From assembly GCA_006226775.1 (NCBI GenBank), contig SBGD01000078.1, forward strand, positions 31,967 through 95,966: a DNA stretch of 64,000 nucleotides, written 5' to 3'. The stretch is from Paracoccaceae bacterium (lineage in GTDB: Bacteria; Pseudomonadota; Alphaproteobacteria; Rhodobacterales; Rhodobacteraceae). How positions within the stretch are numbered: position 1 is the stretch's first letter; each line of letters begins with the position of its first letter. The translations under genes and the position numbers were made by a program. Below, piece after piece: positions 57,334 to 64,000 of the stretch. The notes under the pieces are model-generated. The model was not told the DNA's origin, did not search any database, and saw only the letters and a program-made list of their open reading frames with translations.

Positions 57334-58160
57334 GTCGCGGATGCCTCCGCGCCGCGCGTGGCGGGCCAGTCGTGGCCTTCGTCAAAGCCGTCGCGTGCCC
57401 AGCGGTAGAGCGCGTCGTAAAGCGCAAGCCCGGCCTCAAGCTGCGCCTGATCGTTGCGGTACTGGCGCGACAACCCGACGGAAATGGCCAGAAGCCCGGC
57501 GGCGGCGGGGTGCAGGTCGTGCCGGTCGGTATCGGCCCCGCGCACCACCTCGGCCAGCCGCATCAGCGCCTCGGACTGCAAGTGGAACTCGGCCAGAATG
57601 GTGTCGAAGGTGCAGGTCTCGCCGCGGTGACTCCAGAACACGTCCTCCACGTCTAAGGGCGTCGCGCCGAATTTCCCGGCCACGCCCGCGACCTCGGCGG
57701 GCGAGACGAAGAGGAACCGGGCGTTGCGGTCGACGAAGCGGCGGATCAGCCAGGGACAGGCGATGCGGTCGATCTTGGGCCGGTGCCGGGTGACCCAGAG
57801 CGTCGCGCCCTCGACCGTCTTCGGGATCGCCTCGGCGGGAATGCGCAGCGTATCCGCCCCGTCGCGCCAGCCGTACATGCCGCCCGACAGGTACTCGGCG
57901 GCAAGGCCTTCGCTTTGCAGCCAGGCGGTGACACCCTGGCTGAGCTTGATGCCTTTCTGACAGACGATGACGGCCGGCCGGCCGGCCAGACGCGCGGCAA
58001 GGCCGGGCAGGTCTGTGTGCGGGTGGCGCCAGGATCCGGGGATCAGGAAGGGATCGGCGGCGAAATCCGGCGCGATGCAGATATCGACGATCTCGGGGCA
58101 ATCGGGCGTGCCGATCAGGCGGTTGAGTTGGCTGACGGTGATCTCGTTGGGGGCGGGCAT
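57330..58160 (-). CDS. chrB: Rhodanese plus ChrB-C chromate resistance protein
   Basis: WVTRHRPKIDRIACPWLIRRFVD, FWSHRGE.CTFD, GL.LYDALY.W. Confidence 0.88.
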   Translation of the reverse strand: MPAPNEITVSQLNRLIGTPDCPEIVDICIAPDFAADPFLIPGSWRHPHTDLPGLAARLAGRPAVIVCQKGIKLSQGVTAWLQSEGLAAEYLSGGMYGWRDGADTLRIPAEAIPKTVEGATLWVTRHRPKIDRIACPWLIRRFVDRNARFLFVSPAEVAGVAGKFGATPLDVEDVFWSHRGETCTFDTILAEFHLQSEALMRLAEVVRGADTDRHDLHPAAAGLLAISVGLSRQYRNDQAQLEAGLALYDALYRWARDGFDEGHDWPATRGAEASAT

Positions 58161-58206
58161 GGCGCACATCCTTGGCTGTCGCGGGCGGTGGGAGCCCTGC
58201 GGCGAT

Positions 58207-58256
58207 GGATGCGACTTTGGGCCGAAGCCTCACGGGGCAGTCGCGATTCGCCCCAT
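58207..58256 (-). ncRNA. Pseudoknotted cis-element in chrB 5' UTR (chrB RNA motif-like)
   Basis: Sense strand GGGGC-GAATC-GCGACT-GCCCC-GTGA-GGC-TTCG-GCC-CAA-AGTCGC: P1 GGGGC/GCCCC, crossing pair GCGACT/AGTCGC. Confidence 0.6.
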
Positions 58257-58371
58257 GCCCCATGGTTGGCGCCGATGCGGGCCGCTTGTCAAACCTTGCC
58301 TTTCGCGGCGGCAAAGGCGCGCGGCATGCGTCAAACCGACAGGCCACGCCCAGGTCTGCTTCAAGGTCGCT

Positions 58372-58695
58372 CTACAAGTGATTGAAGGTGCAGGTTTCTG
58401 TTGCCAGGTACCTGCGAACCCCGCCTGAGGCTGCTAAGCTTCAGGACTTGAGATTTCGACAGTTAGGACTGCTTACGCAGCCATCGCCATCGGAGCTTTG
58501 TTGTCGTTTGCAACTAGCTTATGTGTACCGATAACGGTGGTAACTCACCGGGACAAAGCATAACCCCTTTAGACGTTCGTCGATCCTGTTTCGGCCCCAT
58601 GATCCCCAAACGAAGGATGATTGGTGGAGCCGCCGGGTACCGCCCCCGGGTCCGATCCGCTTATTACGAGCGCGTTTATGTCCATAGTCCCGAAG
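58372..58695 (-). ncRNA. ssrA: Two-piece (permuted) tmRNA; tag ANDNKAPMAMAA
   Basis: Acceptor piece ends GGCTCCACCA (58622); coding piece begins GGGGCCGAAACAGGATCGAC (58598); tag ORF 58511-58473; outer ends approximate. Confidence 0.95.
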
Positions 58696-58729
58696 GACAC
58701 CCCTAATATAGGGCGGTGGATCGGGGATG

Positions 58730-59614
58730 TTAAGGGGCAGTTGCAGGCGATTGTACGGGTTTTTCGCGCCGCTGGCTGCGCATCAGGGTATAAAGCCCGC
58801 TGGCCACGATCACCGCGCTGCCCGCCCATGTCATCAGGTCGGGACGCTCGCCGAAGATGGCAATGCCCAGCACCATCGCAAAGAGGAGCCGGGTGTAGCG
58901 GAAGGGCACGGTCAGCGAGACCTCGCCCACCCGCATCGAGGCGGTCAGGCAGGTATAGGCCAGCACGCCCACGGCTATGGCCGCCACAAGCCGTGCCGTG
59001 GTCGGCGCCGAGGGCAGGGGGCCGGGGCCCGCCACCGCCATCATGATGAGCCCGGCGATCACCAGCATCAGGAAACCGTAGACCCCAAGCTGGATGTTGG
59101 ACATCGACGGCGGGCTGGCGCGGGTGGCCAGGTCGCGCCCGGCAAAGCCCAGCATCCCCAGCACCGCGAAGATCGAGGTGGCGGTGAAGGCATCGGTGCC
59201 CGGCCGCAGGATCATCAGCACGCCGAGAAAGCCGAAGGAGATCGCGCTCCAGCGCCGCCAGCCGACCTTTTCGCCGAAAAACACCACCGCGCCCAGTGCC
59301 ACCACCAGCGGCGTCGCCTGCAGGATCGCCGAGACCAGCGACAAAGGCGCCAGCGCGAAGGCCAGGGTATAGAACAGCCTTCCCCCGACCTCGGACAGCG
59401 AGCGCAGGATCAGCGGGCGCGAGAAGATCGCCGGGTGAAACAGCCGCTCTGCGCGCGCCCCCGCCCAGACCAGGAAGACCGCCATGCCGCCCAGCCCGAA
59501 GACCGTGAGGCCGAAGCCCACCGAGATCTCTCGCATCGCCGCTTTCAGCAAGACATCCTCGAGCGCAAACAGCGCCATGGCGGCAGTCATCAGGACGGGG
59601 CCGTTCTTCAGCAT
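58730..59614 (-). CDS. DMT/EamA family transporter
   Basis: ILQATPL, FFGEKVGWRRW, PFRYTRLLF, FGERP. Confidence 0.9.
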   Translation of the reverse strand: MLKNGPVLMTAAMALFALEDVLLKAAMREISVGFGLTVFGLGGMAVFLVWAGARAERLFHPAIFSRPLILRSLSEVGGRLFYTLAFALAPLSLVSAILQATPLVVALGAVVFFGEKVGWRRWSAISFGFLGVLMILRPGTDAFTATSIFAVLGMLGFAGRDLATRASPPSMSNIQLGVYGFLMLVIAGLIMMAVAGPGPLPSAPTTARLVAAIAVGVLAYTCLTASMRVGEVSLTVPFRYTRLLFAMVLGIAIFGERPDLMTWAGSAVIVASGLYTLMRSQRREKPVQSPATAP

Positions 59615-59767
59615 GGGTCAGGGTCCGGGCAACAGGGAAGGATCTGGCTTAGGCCGCCGGTCGGGCCGGGTCAATCGCCCATTGCCCGGTTGCCCCCATT
59701 GCCCGGTTGCCATGGGCGCGGCCGCGCGCTCCTATGCGCCCGGCAACAGGCGCAGGGGGAGACCGGC

Positions 59768-60592
59768 ATGGATCAAAGGGCAGGCGGCAGGACCGCAGTG
59801 GCGCTGATCGGCGCCGGGGTGATCGGGGCGTCGCATGTGGCGGCGCTCTCGGGCTTGCAGGACCGCGCGGCGCTGCGCGTGGTGCAGACCCGCCGCCCGG
59901 AGCGCGCCTCGGGCCTGGCCGAGCTTTACGACGGCCCGGCGCCGCGGGTCACCGCCGATCTGGCGGAGGTGACGGGCGTCCCCGGGATCGGCGCCGTCAT
60001 CGTCGCCACGCCGCCCAGCGTGCGCATCGACCTGATCGCGGCGCTGGCCGGGGCGGGCAAGCATGTCCTGCTGGAAAAGCCCGTCGCGCGCACCAGCGAC
60101 GAGGCGCGGCAGGTGGTCGAGATCTGCGCGGCGGCGGGGGTCACGCTCGGCATGGTGTTCCAGCACCGGTTCCGCGATCCCGCGCAGGAAGCCGCGCGGC
60201 TGATCGCCGAGGGGCGGCTGGGCGCGCTGGGCCATGTCGAGATCGCCGCGCCGCTCTGGCGCGATCAATCCTATTACGACGAGGCCGGGCGCGGCACCTA
60301 TGCGCGCGATGGCGGCGGGGTGCTGCTGACCAATGCGATCCACAGCATCGACCTGGCGCTCAGCCTGACCGGCCCGGTCCGCGAGGTGCAGGCCATGACC
60401 GCCACCACGCCGCTGCACCGCATGGAGGCCGAGGATTTCGCCGTCGCGGGGCTGCGCTGCACCCGGACGGCGGCCCGGGCTCAGGCCCGGACGGTGCCGC
60501 GCGGCTCGGCGCGATCGAAGACGGCGAGGGTGACCACGATCCCGGCAATGATCAGCGCGTGGCCGATGACAGAGATGCCGAAGAAGACATAG
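59768..60592 (+). pseudogene. Gfo/Idh/MocA oxidoreductase, 3'-truncated
   Basis: IGAGVIG, KHVLLEKP, GGGVLLTNAIHSID intact, but homology ends at EAEDFAVAGLR (about 60460) and the frame runs antisense into the next gene. Confidence 0.7.
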
Positions 60593-60741
60593 CTGCCGAG
60601 GGCGACGGAAAAGATCGCCGACCACATCCAGGCAAGAACCTGCATCAGCATATGCGCGGTCATCAGCGGCAGGCGGCGCAGCGGGTTGCGTTCGGCATTC
60701 ATGACGGAGTCCCAGGCGGTCTTGGCGTGCTGTCGGATCAT
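60481..60741 (-). CDS. Small membrane protein of unknown function
   Basis: RBS AGGAGG; MNAERNPLRRLP...MQVLAWMWSAIFS...two TM helices. Confidence 0.75.
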   Translation of the reverse strand: MIRQHAKTAWDSVMNAERNPLRRLPLMTAHMLMQVLAWMWSAIFSVALGSYVFFGISVIGHALIIAGIVVTLAVFDRAEPRGTVRA

Positions 60742-60834
60742 GTCGTTTCCTCCTTTTGTGCAAGGGGATACGGAGGGGCGCGCATTGCGGATCACTCGCC
60801 GCCCGTCACGCCGGAGTGATCGCCCCCGCGGATC

Positions 60835-62145
60835 TCAGCTCAAGGGCCGGATCTTCAGCTTGGTCACCCGGTTGTCCTTGCGGCCCGTCACCTCGAAGCG
60901 GAAGCCGTGGAACGAGAAGACCTGGCCCACGGCGGGAATGATCTGGGCTTCGTGGATCACCAGCCCGGCCACGGTATTGGCCGCGTCGTCGGGCAGGTGC
61001 CAGTCGGTGGCGCGGTTGAGGTCGCGGATCGTCATGGCGCCGTCGACGATGTAATCGCCCTCATCGCCCTTGCGCACCGGATGATCGGCATCGGGGTCGA
61101 ATTCGTCGGTGATCTCGCCGACGATCTCCTCGAGGATGTCCTCCAGCGTGATCAGCCCCTCGAGCGAGCCGTATTCGTCGACCACCAGCGCGAAATGCGT
61201 GCGGCCGCGCAGGAACTGGCGCATCTGGTCGTCGAGCGAGGTGGTATCGGGCACGAAATAGGGCTTCATCATCACCGAGGAGATGTCGAAGTCGTCGAGC
61301 ACATCCACCGCCGCGCCGGTGCCGTCCACCAGCTTGTACATGGCGCGCAGCAGGTCCTTGGCGTGCATCACGCCGATGATGTTCTCGGGGTCGTCCTTGA
61401 AGATCGGCAGGCGGGTGTGCGGGCTTTCCAGACACTGGTTCAGGATCTCGCGCGGGGGCAGGTCGGCGTCGACCATCTCGATGCCCGAGCGATGCAGCAT
61501 GATCTCCTCGACCGTGCGTTCCGCCAGGTCGAGCGCGCCGAGGATGCGGTCGCGGTCCTCCTTCTCGACGACGCCCTCGGAATGGCCGAGGTTGAGCGCG
61601 CCGGCGATCTCTTCGCGCACCGCAAGGATGTGGCTGTCGGGATCGGTCTGCACGCCGAACAGGCTGAGAATGCCGCGCACCAGGATCCGCACCGCGCTGA
61701 CGAGGGGCGAAAAGATGCGGATGATCAGTGCGATCGGCGTCGCCACGGCGGCGGCGGCACGCTCGGCATTGGTGATGGCATAGGTCTTGGGCAGCACCTC
61801 GGCAAAGATCAGCACCAGCAGCGTCATGATCAGCGTCGCCAGCGCCACGCCGGACTCGCCGAAGGCGCGGGTGAAAAGCGCCGTGGTCAGCGACGTGGCG
61901 AGGATGTTCACCATGTTGTTGCCCAGCAGGACCGAGCCGATCAGGCGCTCGTTGTCCTCGGTGATCACCAGCGCCTTTTCCGCGCCGCGGTTGCCCTTGT
62001 CGGCCTGGGCGCGCAGCTTGCCGCGCGAGGCGGCGGTCAGCGCGGTTTCGGACCCCGAGAAGAAGCCCGACAGGATCAGCAGGCACAGGATCGCGCCGGT
62101 GGTGATCCAGAAGGCGCCGTCAAAGAGTGCGGAGGTCGGTTCCAT
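60835..62145 (-). CDS. HlyC/CorC family CNNM-CBS transporter
   Basis: SGFFSGSETALTA, AEVLPKTYA, HTRLPI, VVDEYG.LEGLITLEDILEEIVGEI.DE. Confidence 0.94.
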   Translation of the reverse strand: MEPTSALFDGAFWITTGAILCLLILSGFFSGSETALTAASRGKLRAQADKGNRGAEKALVITEDNERLIGSVLLGNNMVNILATSLTTALFTRAFGESGVALATLIMTLLVLIFAEVLPKTYAITNAERAAAAVATPIALIIRIFSPLVSAVRILVRGILSLFGVQTDPDSHILAVREEIAGALNLGHSEGVVEKEDRDRILGALDLAERTVEEIMLHRSGIEMVDADLPPREILNQCLESPHTRLPIFKDDPENIIGVMHAKDLLRAMYKLVDGTGAAVDVLDDFDISSVMMKPYFVPDTTSLDDQMRQFLRGRTHFALVVDEYGSLEGLITLEDILEEIVGEITDEFDPDADHPVRKGDEGDYIVDGAMTIRDLNRATDWHLPDDAANTVAGLVIHEAQIIPAVGQVFSFHGFRFEVTGRKDNRVTKLKIRPLS

Positions 62146-62300
62146 GCAGTTCGCTTTCGCCAGATTTCATGCGGTTATGCGACCGGACGAGGCCGGGTTC
62201 AAGTGGCGCGGGGCCGCACCCCCGGGTTTGATCTAGCACAATGCGCGCCGGGCCGCGCGCTCTAGACTGGGGCCAGGGAGAACGTTGAGGGGGGAGGACG

Positions 62301-62825
62301 ATGAAGGTACTTGTGTTCTATGCCACGATCGAGGGCCAGACCGGCAAGATTGCCCGGTTCGTGGCCGACGAGCTCGAGACATCCGGGCACGAGGTGACGC
62401 TGGTCGATGCCGCCGACATGACCGCCGAGGTCACGCCCGAGGAATTCGACCGGGTGATCCTTGCCGGCTCGGTCCATGAACGGCGCCACCCGCGGCTGTT
62501 CGAGATGTTCCTGGCCGCCCAGCGCAATGCGCTCGATCCCGCGCGCACGCTGCTGATCTCGGTCAGCCTGATGGCCGCCTTCGAGAGCAGCCGCAACCGC
62601 GCGCAGGATTTCGTCGACGAGATGGAGATGCGCACCGGCTTCACGCCCGCCTCGGTGGCGCTTGTCGCCGGGGCGGTGCGGCCCAGCAGCTATGACTACT
62701 TTGCCACCCAGGTGGTGCGCCACATCGTGATGCGCGGCAAGAGCTATCGGCCCGAGGACGGCGACAGGGAATTCACCGACTGGGCGGCGCTGCGGGCCCG
62801 GGTGGCCGAGTTCATGGCCGCCTGA
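62301..62825 (+). CDS. Flavodoxin-domain protein (HemG-like)
   Basis: VLVFYATIEGQTGKIA, ILAGSVH, FTDW..L. Confidence 0.75.
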   Translation: MKVLVFYATIEGQTGKIARFVADELETSGHEVTLVDAADMTAEVTPEEFDRVILAGSVHERRHPRLFEMFLAAQRNALDPARTLLISVSLMAAFESSRNRAQDFVDEMEMRTGFTPASVALVAGAVRPSSYDYFATQVVRHIVMRGKSYRPEDGDREFTDWAALRARVAEFMAA

Positions 62826-62847
62826 AAGGGCAGGGCGCGCCGGGCGC

Positions 62848-63777
62848 TCACTCCCGCGCCAGGGGGTGATGTTCGAGCACCAGCTCGCGCAGGCGGTCTT
62901 CCAGCACATGGGTATAGATCTCGGTGGTGGCCACATCCGCATGGCCCAGCAGCGTCTGGATCGCCCGCAGGTCGGCGCCGTTCTGCAAAAGATGCGTGGC
63001 AAAGGCATGGCGCAGGGTATGGGGCGTCACATCCGCCGGGTTCAGGCCGGCATCGACCGCCAGCGCCTTGATGAGGTTGAAAAACCAGTGCCGTGTCAGG
63101 TGTCCGGCCTTGCCGCGCGAGGGAAACAGGAAGGGCGAGGGCGCCTTGCCCTTCTTCTGCGCCAGATCCTCGGCGGCGTCGCGGATCTCCAGCCAGTCGA
63201 TCACCGCCACCCGCGCGGGCGCCGAAAGCGGCACCATGCGCTCCTTGCCGCCCTTGCCGCGCACCAGGATCAGTTGCGGATCGCCGCGCACCGCCGCCAC
63301 CGGCAGCGAGACAAGCTCCGTCACCCGCAGCCCGGTGGCATAGAGCACCTGCATCAGGCAGGTGGCGCGCACCCGCTCCTGCCGGGTCTTGCCGAGGCTG
63401 CCCGCGGCCTGCAAAAGCCGCTCGACATCGTCGATCGTCAGGGTCTTGGGCAGGCGCTTGTCCTTGCCCGGCCCGGCAATCTGGATGGCGGGGTTGTCCT
63501 CGCGCCAGCCCTCCTCGAAGGCGAAGCGGTAAAGCTGCCGGATCGCCGACAGCCGCCGCGCCCGGGTCGACCGGGCCAGGCCCTGCGCCTCGCAATGGAT
63601 CAGGTAATCCTCGATGTCGCCGCGGCTTGCGGTCTCGAAATCCCTTGCCCGCGCGCCCAGCCAGCCCGCCACGTCCTTGAGATCGCGGCCATAGGCCAGC
63701 AGCGTGTTGTTGGCCGCGCCAAGCTCGGCCGCCTGGGCTTCGAGAAAGGCCGAGATATGGGCGGCGTCGCGCATCAC
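62848..63777 (-). CDS. xerD: Site-specific tyrosine recombinase XerD
   Basis: LYATGLRVTEL, RGKGGKER, PHTLRHAFATHLL.NGADLRAIQ.LLGHAD.ATTEIYTHV; chromosomal context without mobile genes. Confidence 0.88.
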   Translation of the reverse strand: MMRDAAHISAFLEAQAAELGAANNTLLAYGRDLKDVAGWLGARARDFETASRGDIEDYLIHCEAQGLARSTRARRLSAIRQLYRFAFEEGWREDNPAIQIAGPGKDKRLPKTLTIDDVERLLQAAGSLGKTRQERVRATCLMQVLYATGLRVTELVSLPVAAVRGDPQLILVRGKGGKERMVPLSAPARVAVIDWLEIRDAAEDLAQKKGKAPSPFLFPSRGKAGHLTRHWFFNLIKALAVDAGLNPADVTPHTLRHAFATHLLQNGADLRAIQTLLGHADVATTEIYTHVLEDRLRELVLEHHPLARE

Positions 63778-64000
63778 TCGGCCGCCAGCAAGAGCGCCTG
63801 CAGCGCGGTGCGCCGGGCGGTGTCCTCGAGGCCGACGGCGCGGAAGGTGGCCAGCGCCTCGGCCAGCGCGCTCTCGTCGCCGAGGTGGCCCTGGTAGGCC
63901 AGCGACATGGCGCGCAGGATGACCTCGCCCAGCTTGTCCTGGTCGAGCAGTCCCTGCAGCGTGGCGGGCGGTTTCGAGGCAAAGCCGCTGGCAATGGCAC
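63774..64000 (-). CDS. 3' end of conserved hypothetical protein upstream of xerD (partial)
   Basis: Frame ...QDKLGEVILRAMSLAYQG...ALATFRAVGLEDTARRTALQALLLAAE*; stop overlaps xerD start. Confidence 0.6.
   Translation of the reverse strand, partial: AIASGFASKPPATLQGLLDQDKLGEVILRAMSLAYQGHLGDESALAEALATFRAVGLEDTARRTALQALLLAAE

Noticed and set aside
58372-60800. Genomic island integrated at ssrA
   Set aside because: No integrase and no duplicated ssrA 3' fragment found on either side.
62848-63777. Phage or island integrase
   Set aside because: The sequence and housekeeping context fit XerD; there are no att sites or mobile cargo nearby.
54-64000. Numerous Arg/Pro/Ala/Gly-rich overlapping ORFs in the track (e.g. 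810-2396, 14578-16986, 21096-23360, 31624-33642, 54086-55705)
   Set aside because: They overlap well-supported genes in other frames and have the composition expected of stop-poor high-GC shadow frames.

Overview
High-GC alphaproteobacterial chromosome segment; gene content, synteny and a two-piece tmRNA point to Rhodobacteraceae (Roseobacter-like). It is mostly core genes: dcd, tRNA-Pro, merR-ihfA-fabH-plsX-rpmF-yceD, bamE, olsB, an ABC-F ATPase, tRNA-Gly, a cheB-less chemotaxis cluster, a split-transketolase/SDR/aminotransferase/SAF-oxidoreductase block beside soeABC, bdhA-patatin, psuG-pfkB, xth, erpA, dgt, fumC, sspB, chrBA, ssrA, corC and xerD. The best candidate for an undescribed system is a three-gene cassette between xth and erpA (48006-50280). 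It encodes a 55-aa acidic peptide with a twice-repeated MMCAS motif, then a 366-aa protein of unknown function with LTHxxFY/DLLAE/YH motifs, then a translationally coupled DMT/EamA transporter. An AT-rich promoter region with two inverted perfect DnaA-box 9-mers precedes it. This layout is RiPP-like (precursor, modifier, exporter), but that assignment is inference. Other signals: a promoter-hairpin-terminator sRNA candidate at about 40760-40835, a pseudoknot upstream of chrB, a DxxxQ CheT/CheZ-like protein, a PAS protein with two degenerate MCP tips, a MITE-like foldback inside soeABC, REP-like palindrome clusters, a 44-aa lipoprotein missed by the ORF track, and a 3'-truncated Gfo/Idh/MocA gene. 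No database searches were run; all family calls come from motif recognition.
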